DNA from: Macrostomum lignano | Lineage: Eukaryota | Direction of reading: 5' to 3' | NCBI GenBank assembly: GCA_002269645.1 | Contig: NIVC01000870.1 | Coordinates: forward strand, 1-64,000 | Length of the DNA stretch: 64,000 bases | Part shown: positions 37,889 through 50,013 of the stretch, in pieces | How positions within the stretch are numbered: position 1 is the first letter of the stretch | Layout: every line of letters begins with the position of its first letter | Notes under the pieces: generated by a model | Databases searched by the model: none | Told to the model about the DNA's origin: nothing | What the model saw: the letters and a program-made list of their open reading frames with translations, nothing else | Made by a program: the position numbers and the translations under genes

Positions 37889-39362
37889 ATTGAAATCATA
37901 TTCAAATGTTGATATTAAGCTTTCTATTTATCCTTAATAGTTTAACTTGAGTCATTTGCCCGTGGGGCGTTAAACAACCAATTAATCTCATCTCCGAACG
38001 AGCTCTGAAATCTCAACGTTCCGTAATACGCAATTACAGTGGTGGCAGCGCTACTCTACTGATAGTAATCAGCTCAACAACTCCGAAACAGATTTACGGT
38101 GTCTAGACCATTGAGTCTAAAGTCTGAACGACCGTGCCGCTCACGACCGCTCGACTACGATTACGACTACCCTCCCCCCGGACTTTAGAACCCGGCAGTC
38201 GGAGTAAAACAGGAGGAAATAATTCGTTGCGATTCGTCTGCGCGATTTCCGGCTCTATTCGTGCGAACTCAACGTCGGCGGCAATTCAAACGTGGAATCC
38301 GCCCCACCTCACTGGTGTCAGCAAATTTAAAAAACCAACCAATATTCCAAGAAAACTTCCTCCGCCCCACCTCAGTATCTTATGTTGTGCTTCAAATTGA
38401 ATTTTTGTGAGGAACACGTAACACGCGATTGAACAAAAACAGTTCTGCTACTTTTATAGCTCAGAGCTTCTAAATTTTGCATTATTTAGGGTTATCCAAG
38501 TAAGTTGTGCATTTTTTTGGCATAAATACTTAATATTCTAAAGATAGCCCACTGCTGCCATGCCAACACAAAGCTAGCCCTTTTGGACGTATGAAATACG
38601 TAGTTTTTGATTATTTTAAATACGTATCTAAAGCGTCACGAAATTTCGTAATTAACTAAATTGGCATGCTGTATAGATTTTTCGCTCCTAAACTAAATTT
38701 GTACGACTTTTTGTAGCTGCAAAGGTGATTTTAAATGTTTTTTTTTGCGATAAACGATGTAGAAAATATTGGAGCAAAAATTAGGTAATTTTGTGACGTC
38801 CTAGCAACCTTACAGATACGTTAAATTGTTATGCGGGCCGGCTACTGTATACAGTATGTAAAACCTACAGTATCGAGACTAGAAGCACTCGAGAGTGTCA
38901 TCACACCTCGAGCCGCAGCGTGAACTCTGAGCGTCACAACACCAGAGGGATCGAATTATTATCACAGAGCGTCGTCACGCCTGCTCGTATCCATAAAAGT
39001 ACAAGACAGAGCGCCTGTATATTACGTATAATAAATATTGTACTCGGGACTGGGCACCCAAACCGACCCGGGTTACAGCAATACAACCGAAAAAAAAACA
39101 ATTTTTAAGGCAACTTGCTATTTTATTGCCCTAAAATCCAGTTTATCTTGTTAGGAATAAAAACAGATCGATGGCAAATAAAACAAAAATGAAATATTAC
39201 CATTTCATCCAATAACCACCAGCCAATCACATTCATTCTGCGCGGTTCCAACAGGCTAAAAGCGCTGAAATTCTGTAAACTTTCACTGTTAAAACTACTC
39301 TGTGAGAAATTTCCCCAACTCCATTTTCTCTGAATTCAAACTACTCAAACTACATTCAGAGA

Positions 39363-41327
39363 ATGACTAACTATCTTCTCGTTACAATCATTTTGTGCAT
39401 CTTGGGTAAGTACTGTGTTTGACTACTTTTTTCTGTCAACCAATAAAACAAAAAATAACGATAAAATTTTACAGCCTCAGCTCAAGCTCAAACCGGAACG
39501 CTATTCCAAAAATTTGTTGAGCCCATCCATCTCGATGCCACAGTCAGCAGCACCGTCATCAGTCTGACCGGCTCAGACTCAAAGATCGACTGCGCAGCTC
39601 GGTGCCAGAGTTTCCGCTGTGCCGCTGCGGTTCACATTCCGCTGAGCAGCGTCTGCCAGGTGCTGATCATTAACGACGCTTCTGAGGTGCCTGGACCGCC
39701 TGGGAGTCACGTGACTAGAGTGGTCGGAGCGCAGTCTGGGACTGCCGCGTGGAGGGCGGCTGATTTTGACGACATACTGAAAACCAGGACGAGGGTCAAT
39801 CTGACCTTTCAAAGTACGTGTTGTCCTTTTTGCATGCAACTAAATCATTTTCGTTAAACAGATGTAATAAATAGACCATTCAATGTAGACAATTAGGATT
39901 GGCCACCGGTTTCAATACGGTGGGAGCCGCTTAACACGAGGCTGTCGATTTCAATACACTAATTGGTGCTGAATTCAGCAAATCTGACACTACATTTAAG
40001 CATTCAAAAAAGGCACTTTGAATTTCGATTTCGCAAACCAAAAACCATTCAGACAGCAGCACTGGGAGACTGGGCAGCGTGCAGCAACTCCTCATCAACA
40101 TCACCGGCTGCTACAGGATCGAAGCAGGCGGCGCCAGAGGCGGCTTCCGCACATATCGAACTGGCGGCTGGGGCGCCACGGCCGCTGGCAGTTTCGGGTT
40201 GACCGCCGGAACTCGCCTGGCCATCGCTGTAGGTCAGGCCGGAGCTCCGTCGCTGACGAACCTGGCCGGAGCTGGCGGCGGAGGCGGCAGCTTCGTGTAC
40301 ACGAACTCGGACACTGTCTACAGGAATGTCTCCATCAGCAACTGGAATGTCAGTGACTGCATGCGGGACGGTAGTTCGGATGCGGCGAGCTGCTACCTGC
40401 TGCTAGCGGCTGGCGGCGGCGGCGGCGCCTCGACCTACAAGCACGGTAAGTTCGTTTTTCGAGAAGAGGTACATGTATACTGGCGCCAATATAGCTGGTA
40501 ACTCATCGCGAAATACACGAAGTTCTTGTTTTCAAGATGTTTTTTTTTTGGGGGGGGGGGGTGGAGGCTATTTCACAGAATCAATTTGCTTGCACATGAG
40601 GTTGCATACGCCTGTTAATTCAACTGGCATTTTGATTCGCCAGTCTTTCGTCGTCGCTCTATCAAAGGTCAAAACAACTAGCCTCCAGCGAAATATTTTT
40701 ACGATTTGTAAATGAATCGTTTCGTTCTTTTCAATGGTTGTAAATATTTTTAAACCGACGCAAGATAAACGAGTGGTAGAGCTATTGTGTCGCTGTCTAG
40801 TTACAACTTGCTTTTAATCTTTACTATTTATAGGTTTACCTGGGCAGTCGACAAACTTCGGTGCCGACTCATTTGGTACGCTAACGACATCCGTCGGACT
40901 GGGCGGCACCAACGGGCATCCCGGATACGTTGATCCCAGCAAGTCTTTTCGGGACAATTCTCACGGAGGCTGCGGCGCAGGATGGCTCGGTCGAGCCGTA
41001 CACGCCCGACGATCCGGCATCGACGGAGACCACGGAGCCAGCCTCGCGGACGACTGGAAAGGCGGCGCCGCCGGCAACGACAGCAAAGGAGGCGTCGGAG
41101 GCTTCGGCGGTGGCGGAGGAGGCAGCAACGATCCGGGCGCCTCCGGCGCCGGCGGCGGCTTTAGCGGCGGAGGTGCAGGCATCGGATTCGATCAGGCCGG
41201 TGGTGGCGGTGGCTCCGTCTGTTTTGGAGGCGTCAGTTGCCTCGCCGTCACCGCTGGCAACGCTGGTCGAGAGCAAGGCTTTGTGACCGCGCGGCTTTTG
41301 AACGATCGGTCGGCTGGTTGCGAATGA
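39363..41327 (+). CDS. Secreted PAN/Apple + ALK/LTK-like glycine-rich domain protein, paralog 2 (422 aa)
   Basis: Exons 39363-39405, 39475-39813, 40053-40445, 40834-41327; all phase 1; total 1269 nt. Signal-like MTNYLLVTIILCILASA, PAN CAARCQSFRCAAAV..C. Exon 4 has no Met in frame, so it is missing from the ORF track. Confidence 0.88.
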
Positions 41328-42091
41328 TTCCACGATGTGTCACTGAGCCGAAGTAGCAATGGAATTCCAAAAAACAACAACGCTTGATTGACAAGAAGTG
41401 AAACGTAATTTAACTCTCGATGCAAAATATACGAGCGTATGGTCTACTTTAATTTTCTATAGCTAGAACATTTTTATTGCAATAGTTATTCGTTAACCAA
41501 TCAGTCGATTCTTCTGTGCATAAAATTCCTCTAAAAATTTGCATATTGGATTCGAACATTTCCTGTTTTTTTATAAAAACCTTGCAGACTTGACTGAATC
41601 TCCTATTTAATACCATGCAGACTATGCTATTGCTGCCGGAAAATGCACACATATATATATATATACGAGTATACTCCTACTGTTGACTTTTATCTATGAC
41701 CAAAACCATAACACTGGGCGTAGCCATACTGTCAGCCATATAGACAGTTGTCTATTCCGGCATGTGAAAAACTTGTTAATTGATTATTTGCAACTTCGCA
41801 GACCTTGTTTGCCGCTCATTTCTGCGGCATATGCTGCCCTCAAATCCACAGACAGATCATGTGCTGTCTCATTCTTTTAAGGGCATCGACCATAGACAAA
41901 AGTGTCGGACAGAGAATCTATTCCTGTCCACTTTTAAGCTACGACGCTCGTAATCTTGCCTGGCAAAATTTTAGGGGTGTGGGGGTGAAACATCCAGTTC
42001 ATACCATAGACAAATGATTTTATCTGATCTGACCCAATTAACTGACAGTCACTATGTCTGGCTAAGAAAATGTCAACTTAATGGAAATATA

Positions 42092-42705
42092 CCTTTTTGC
42101 GATCTTGTTTGCCAGAACTGCAATCAATTTTGCCAAAACTGCGACCCAGTTTGCCCATAGCAAGCCAAGAAGAATTTTTGTTGAGAATTAATTCGGAACT
42201 GTGACGAAATAAACTGTAACAGTGAACAATAAACAGTGAGTTTATAATGGTAGACGTAGGCACAAATGCTCTCAATCATAGCATTGTTAAGGGACCTCCG
42301 CTTGGCACCTCCGCAAGGCAGAGACTCTATACGACCGGTTGCGTTGAATTGTCCAACTATGTAAGTCACGGTTCTTCGTGAGATGCCCAACAGCCTACCG
42401 AAACCTTGCCAGTCTTCTCCATCCTGATATGCTTGAATCAATCGCTGCCGGTCCTTCGCTGAAATCCTCTTATAAGGTCCACGCTGGGCTATTCTTTGAT
42501 CTTTCTATGTATGTCTGTGGTGTTTTCTTTGCTATGGGCAAACTAGGTCGCAGTTTTGGCAAAATTGATTGCAGTTTTCAAAGAGTTGTCTGTGGCTGAA
42601 ACTCTGGTCATGACTGAGCAGACTTGGCATAGACAGCAAAATTATAAGTGATATTTTTCCGCGGGCAAAATTGATTGCAGTTTTGGCAAACTAGATCGCA
42701 AAAGG
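42092..42705 (-). mobile_element. Tc1/mariner (IS630-like) deletion derivative with an HTH remnant
   Basis: TIRs cctttt(t)gcgatct.gtttgcca.aactgcaatcaattttgcc with TA on both sides (42090-42091, 42706-42707); internal IR 42116-42162 / 42530-42576; ORF 42124-42441 LLGISRRTVTYIV...GRIESLPCGG. Confidence 0.8.
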
Positions 42706-43340
42706 TATAATAGATATCACCCTAGCTGTAAAAAGTCTAAGTAAGAGTAAACTTAAGGGCAGACTCGAGGGGTATTCTCGAGTATGTCTATGGTGAACCA
42801 ATATTAAAAGCAAAGACTGCTGGTTTTATGCAAGCTAAGCGCCGTTCCTGAAAGCTGTCTCTTGCATCAGCAGTTTAGATTGTTGTTATAAAGAGCCCCT
42901 TGCCACAAAATAAACTTGATTGATAGCAGACATTTTTTATGTATCCAGATTTTTGCTGAATTTCATACTGGGTTTTTTAACAGAATCTACGTTGTAGGCA
43001 CGTACGAGCCTAGGTAGCAACAAGTCCGCACTTGAACAATAAACCACTCGGGTAAAAAACAAGAGACATTCAACCTTGTCTGTCATTACTCTGGTCTGGT
43101 GGTCTGGATTTTTACTAGCAGCTGTCAATTATTTTACAACTGAATTGGGCTGTTTAAATTTGCCAAAATCAGTAAACAAAATTCCACAAGATTCAATGTG
43201 AACAGTCTAAACTTTTCTGCTTCATTTTTTGTAAGAAATATCTATTCAATTCTTGACATGTATATTATACCTCGTAGATATAGTAGGTCCGTTTAGTGAT
43301 TATCAGTTTCAATTTTCCTTAATTGTTGACACGAGTACAG

Positions 43341-44370
43341 CCTCAACTAAAGGTCAAACCGAAAAGCTTTTCCTAAAAGTTGTCAAGAGTCCATCCATCT
43401 CGATGTCACAGTAGTCAGCAGCACAATCTGAGCAATCTGCCATTCCGCTGAGCAAAAATCCATACAGCTTGAAAGTTCTATGAAGCAGATGTCATTGTAA
43501 CTTTACGATTCAATATTGATATAGCCGGTCTACGTACGTTGGTTTTCTACGATTCTACTACTCATACTAAAACAGTATGTAATAATAATTTTTGAAATAA
43601 ACTTTCATAAATTTCATTAGCAAGATGAAAATACATCTCTTCTGGCAATATGAATCTGAAGTTCTCACCCTTTAAATTTCCAGTCTGCAAGTAAAGTTTG
43701 CATATACGATAAATTGCATGCATATACGAGCGTAGTATTAGTTCGCCAGCTTGCAAATGAAAATTCTGGAAATATAATATTGGATAGAGCAAACGGATTG
43801 GAGGGAGATAATTGAGATTGGGGGGAGAGGGTGGAGGTCAGAGGGAGAGGGTAGATCAGGGGAGAGAGGTTGGAGATATAGGAGGAAGAGTAGAGATCAG
43901 AGGAAGAGGGGTGTGGGGTGTGTGGAGATCAGTAATTAATTCGTTCGGGAAGTTTGAAATCGTAAACCCGCGGTTTCGTAAATTCATTCAATAATGTAAT
44001 TTTAAAACTTATTTATAACTTATTTCTCCAATGTTTCGCTGCGGCACGCTGCATGGACGATTCAGCACAACATCGGTTAGAGTTTTATAACTAAATTACA
44101 TTGTACATGTACAAAAGTTGATTCCAGCAAGTTCTAAATATATTTAAACAATACTCCAGGAGGCTGCTGTGCAGGGTTGCTCGGCCAAGTAGTAAACTCC
44201 TGACGGGCAAAAGTAGTGACAACGATCCGGGAGCTTCCGGTGGCTGCGGCTTCAGACGTGAAGGTGCCGCTTTGAGCTTGATGGAGGCGGAATTCCGTCT
44301 GCTTAGGAGCAGAGGTTGCTTCACCGTGACTGCTGGCAACGCCAGTCGAGATCAATTCTTTTGTGACTGT
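43341..44370 (+). pseudogene. Decayed third PAN/GRD paralog
   Basis: 43341-43460 aligns to paralog 2 exon 2 (acag|cctca...ccatccatctcgatg.cacagt); 44150-44370 aligns to exon 4 (ggaggctgc, caacgatccggg, ctggcaacgc, gtcgaga) with deletions and frameshifts; exon 3 not seen. Confidence 0.8.
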
Positions 44371-47300
44371 TTGAATCGAGTTGAAAAAAATTATGCTGCA
44401 TGTACTTGACTTGACTTTTTCAACAACTTTATTGAACTGCTACTCTAAAACAGTTTAACTTGCGATATTATAGAGGCGTGTATCAGTTATTTGTGTCTAT
44501 TTGTATGCTATGCAGCACAATTTTTTCTAACAGCGCTACATAAACACATGTTTGCTAATTTGATGGAGGGCATTCTTTAAAATTATTCCCTTAATTTTAT
44601 TGTCTCGTTCGTTGGGTACGAAAACGAAACATTTTTGTTCAAATTTAAAACAAGCTTTAAAAAGTTGAAAGTCACGCAATTCACTCAATCAAGATTGTAA
44701 TTTTATAAAATCAATTATTCAGATAGACTGGCTCTTAAAGATCAATTAATGCATCGCTGTACTATATCGTTGTGCAGCCATTTTCCATTTCTGACACTAA
44801 ACTGCAATATTTGCATATGCTGCCTATTCAAGGCCCATTCCATATAAGATGGACATATTTGGAAAATAGAAAAAAGTCAATATTTTTGCTTGTCATTGCT
44901 TTATCAGCCATTTTTTTACCAAATCTTTTTTGTATGAAATGTATACAATCTAAGAATAAAAAATGATAAAATGTTGGATTAGTATGTTATCAATTGGCAA
45001 AAAGTTATTTTTGTAAAAAAATGGACATTTTCTAGGCAAAAGACATCATTAGGTTTATGTATCTTTTAAAAACAAATAGAAGGCTTTAGAAGGTTAAAAC
45101 AAACTATATATAAAATTATAGTACTTGCATCATCAGATAAAAACATTAGCAACCATATAATCTATTATATTTTTAATATATTAATAGGCCTACCTCAAAG
45201 TTACTGAACTGACAGAAAAAAATTAATCTAGTAAGATAAAGTGACCATAATGTTACAACCATAAGACTGCCTTTTCTTTTGTATTGTTATAGGGGTCGTG
45301 GGGGAGGAAAGGTTATCCTATTGCTGACACCAAATTGTTGTAGGCCTCTTGGCTCTCTGGGGAATTATACTGCTGCTGTCTAATTTATTATAAGGGAATT
45401 GGGGGTTACTGGCTTTTATTTTATTACTAACACAAGAATTATTTTGGGAATTTCTTAGGATTTGGACAGAAATACACAATTTCTACTACTAATAGGAGTA
45501 AGCCTTAGGTTCCTCCTGGTGGCGTGGTGTGTCCAAGTGGCAAGACACTATATCTCTATTCTGAGACTATTCAGTCTGAGTATTTAGAGGGGGGAGGAGA
45601 GTAAAGGCTTCGCAATGGATCAGAGTTTCCTGGGAAACTGGTGCACTAATGGGGAATTTCTAATAACTAATAGGGTATGCCTGGGTTTATTTTTTGTGCG
45701 TAGAGTGTGCGTATGCACCTTAAATTTTAAAATTGCACCCTGAAATGGAAATGTAGGTGCAGTATAGGTGCAGTCTCATAACCTATTTTTCTATTAAAGT
45801 CTCATTCGCACTGCCTTAAAATTAGAAAAAAGAGAAATTACACTTTGAGCCTCAAAATTGCACCATGAAAATAAGCATAGGGTGTGATTTTGCACCTTGT
45901 TTCTGGCAAAAAAGAAAACCCTGGGGTATGCTAGCATTAGTAGGCAGAGCGTTTAATATTGCATTAGGTAAAAAAGCAGTATGCCTAATAGAAATGGGAG
46001 ATTCCTATAGGGAAGGGTAGGGATGTTTGAGCAAGGATCAGACTGTAAGTCTGAGGGAATAAGGCTGTACACCTGTGCAGACAGAATGTTTACAAAAAGG
46101 GGAAGGGAACGAAGGGGAAGTGCCTATTCTGTTGAGAGAAGGGGTGGGGGTAAGTGATTGCTCGGGGTAGGATTGTACGTCCTGGGGAGAGCAGGGAAGA
46201 GAAGTGCTAGGCACTCAAGGCTCCGTGTGAGAGGGAAGGTGGAATGCCTTTAAATGACTAAGACCAATTCCGATCTATTTATAGAACAATGTTCAACTGA
46301 AGTTTAACTTTAGCAGACTATGGTGGAGGAACCAGTCAAGTCAAGTTATCCTCTTCTTTGTTTATTTCTCTCACTTTTATAGCATTACAAATAAAAATGG
46401 CATATGTATTAAAACTAATTAAAGATACTAAATTAGACTAAAGGCTACTAATGATACTATTTCTTACTATTAACAACACTAAAAACATATTTTTATTTAA
46501 GCACGAAGATCTTTAATTGAATAGAAAAATAGTTGTAATTATAAGGCAACATGCACAAGAATAATAGGCTAAGAATAATGGCTCTTACAACTGGCCTTTC
46601 TGGCTTGAAAAATTGAATGAATGGTGAGTGAAAATTTTTTAAAATAGAGCAATATTCAAACAATACAAAAAACAAAAGTGTAGATTATGGAAGCGAAAAA
46701 ATGCACCTAAATGTTTCACACTTATAAAATAAATGTTTGTCGGTAATGTTACTACAACATGTTAAACTTGCTTGGTAGCCAATGTTGGTGTGGCCAGCCG
46801 TACTCTTGGCCAAGCCAGCGAATTTTGAGGCCAAGGCTCTATTCATTAAAACAATGAGGGCCATGGCGGAGGTCCGATAGCGCGTAATGCACAGCGCGCC
46901 TCCAGGCAGCAACTGCGTGCATGGGCTGCAGCTGGTGCAAATTGTTTAAAACCGGCCACAGAGTCTTATGCTGAGGGAATTTGCGCTCATCTCGGAGTCT
47001 ACCAGCATGGATCAAATAAAGTTTGATAGCCATAATCATGCGGCTATCAATAGCTTGTGTAAAATTCGTGCCAATCTCCTATAGAGGCTGACTCTGCCTG
47101 ACGAAACCGGCCATCAGAGGCAGTATACCAGAATCCAGCAGCTCCAGTTTGATCAGTGGAGCGGGGCGGGGATGCGGCTGGTTCATTGGCCTTACTCCGT
47201 AAGTCGGCGGCGGGGTTACTAGGGGTTTTGCAGATGGCTGCTTCAGTAGGGAACAGGAGCGGGGTCGAGACTGCTGTGATGATGGATGGGTCCGAGTCGC

Positions 47301-47426
47301 TTGTGGATGGATGGCGGCGGGGCTTTGTCCGTGGTCAAGATGATAGCTGACTTGGCATTGGGGGGTTGGCGCTGAATGGCAGCTGGGGAGATGGCAACTA
47401 GTACATCGGCGTGGCGCTTGAGCAGC

Positions 47427-47966
47427 TTAACTCACTCTTGGATAGATGGCGGGTGGACGACGGTGGGCGAGCATCTGACGTAGGCAGTGGTGTATGAGCG
47501 TCTGATATAGGCGGTGGTGGGTGAGCGTCTGAGGTGGACAGCGGCGGCGGACGGGTGACAACCAAAGCAATTCGGGGCTTTGGGATACTTCAGGGGCTTC
47601 AGCTATCTCAGCTGGTCTTTGCAACAATCTGTCAGCATTAGAGTGCTTTGCGCCACTGTGTTCAATGTTGAATCTGAATTCATTTGGATGCTCTATCCAT
47701 CTACCTAAAATTCCAGTTGCTTCAGTCTGTCTCATGAGCCAAATTATCGCTTTATGGTCAGTTTGGGCTAAGAATTTCTTGCCAATCAGATAAAATCTGA
47801 AATGTCTCATAGCATCGACAAGGGCTAACAATTCTTTCCAGGTAATGGGATATCGCTTCTCAGACTCTTTCATTGCTCTACTAAAATAAGCTATTGGTCG
47901 CTCTATGCCATCACTTTGGATTTGGCCAAGACATGCGGCAATCCTGTCATCATTGGCATCTGTCAA
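47427..47966 (-). pseudogene. Gypsy RNase H followed directly by a Pro-rich tail
   Basis: TDA, ERPIAYFSR, KELLALV, TDHKAIIWL, HSNADRL; no HHCC or DDE integrase motifs follow. Confidence 0.88.
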
Positions 47967-48133
47967 GCACCATCTTCACATTCTCATCATCAACATATTC
48001 GGGGTATGCTAACATTTCAATGGATATCATTCGCTGCTTTAGAGCTTCAAAGGCTTCATCATGCACTTTGCTCCATTTAGCTTGAAAATTTTGGACTCCT
48101 TTTCAAGTCAATTGGAATAGGGGGTGAGCCACT

Positions 48134-48766
48134 TCAGCATAATTTTTTTACAAATCGGCAATAATAATTGCATAGGCCAAGAAAACTGCATAGTTCTTTT
48201 ACATCTTTGGGATGGGGCCAAGTTCTGATAGCTTCTATTTTGGCTTCATCTGTTCTGATACCTTTTCGGCCAATCATGTGTCCTAGATATTTTAGTTCCT
48301 GATGAAATAAATTGCACTTTTTTGGTCTCAACTTTAGACCTGCAGCAATTAGTCGCTTAAACACTTCTCTTAGATGATCTAGATGGTCAGCAAAAGAATG
48401 GGAATAAGTTATTATGTCATCTATATAAGACATGGCAAACTTGTGTTGAATTCCTAATAGGACTAAATTCATTAGATGTTGGAAAGTTCCAGGGGCATTG
48501 GAAAGTCCTTGGGCCATCACTTGGTATTCAAATTGGCCTCTATTTAGGGTGGAGAAGGCGGTTCTATGCTTATCTTCTTCTTTGATGGGGACTTGCCAGT
48601 ATCCTGAATTCAAATCTAAACTGCTAAAATATTGGCTACCAGTTAAGTGGGAGAAGGTCTCTTGAATATTGGTGAGGGGGTAAGGCCTAGGGATAGTAAT
48701 TAACTCTTGAGTTGAGCACTTGGAAATCGCTAACAATTCTAATAGAACCATCTTTCTTGGGGACAA
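48134..48766 (-). pseudogene. Gypsy reverse transcriptase
   Basis: YPLTNI, FSSLDLNSGYWQV, TAF, MAQGLSNAPGTFQ, YIDDII, KYLGH, FLGLCNYY. Confidence 0.93.
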
Positions 48767-49350
48767 TTACTAGAGGGTGGAGTAGGTTAAATAGCAGGGT
48801 CTAATTAAATTTTTGGCTAAGATATCGTCTAATTGGGCCTCAACTTGCTTTTGCAAGTGTGGAGGGATGCGTCTAGCTGGGATTCCAACAGGAGTAGGGT
48901 CTTTAATAGAGATTTCGTGGGTTACTAAGTGTGTCAGGCCCATGTCTAATTCGTTCTAGGAGAAAGCTTCATGATTTTCTTTCATTAAGTTGATGACTGC
49001 TTTTCGCTGTTCATCTGACAATTCAGGGCCAAGGCTCACTTCATTAATCCATGAATCTTCTGTACATTGTGTCTGGTTAATTTTCGCAGAGGGTTGGGGA
49101 TTGGGAGACAGGGTTTTCCAATAGGTTAGGTCTTTAGCTTTCATGGGTCTGGCTAAGCCAATTAGGGAGGTTTTAGTTAGATTCACATCTACTGGGTGGC
49201 GATTAATTATCTCAACAATTCCTTTGCCTTCTTTCATAGTTACTAAAGTTGGAACCATTTCTAAAGATAAATCACGGGTTTGGACAATATTGCCAAAGGC
49301 TTCTATAGTCATGGGGATGCCATAATTCAATTCACAATTCTTGGCTAATT

Positions 49351-50013
49351 TTAGGGATATTCAGAGGGCACTGTTGGCTGGGATGATTGCTCTTTCTTGA
49401 GTATAGACTCGGCAAACTTCACGGGTAGGCGAGTATACTGCATGGGTATACAGGTACCTTCGTTAAGCAGTAGCATTCCTTTGGCTAGCTGAATGCTTTC
49501 ACATTGGGACAAGAAAAATTCCATACCTATGATATTCTGGCAATCATGTTGGCATAGGAGAAAATCAACGTTTATTTGGATATTGCCAAACTTCACTTGG
49601 GCGGATACTTCTCCTTCTAATTGGACTGGGGTACTGTCAAATGTACTAATGCTTTTGCTAGTGTCTCGGATTTGATCCACACGGAATAGCTTAGACCAGG
49701 TTGAGCAGCTCAGGAAGTTATTTCTAGCGCCTGTGTCTAGCAAGAAATCAATTGTTTCTTTCTGAATATTGCCAACAATTACGGCTTCATAGCCTTCTAG
49801 CTTAGTCAGGTTGATTTGGGATGGGGAATTAGTTTTCGGCTTTTGTCGCTTCCTTGAGCAGTTTTTAGCACTGGATATGGCATCATTGGTTTCAATCGCA
49901 TGGGATACATGGGGTGCAAGCGCAGTGGGTACATGGGGTGTGGATGCATGATGTAAATGAGCTTTAGTCGCATTGGTTACATGAGAGGCAGTCACATGAA
50001 GGGAATTGTACAC
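49351..50013 (-). pseudogene. Gypsy aspartic protease region
   Basis: FLLDTGARNNFLS...NIIGMEF. Confidence 0.85.

Larger units (their letters stand above)
35518..37931 (+). mobile_element. Penelope-like retroelement, 5'-truncated with an inverted terminal repeat, TSD-bounded
   Basis: 124-bp inverted repeat at 35548-35671 and 37808-37931; 12-bp TSD ccttaatagttt at 35506-35517 and 37932-37943; RT + GIY-YIG ORF. Confidence 0.95.
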
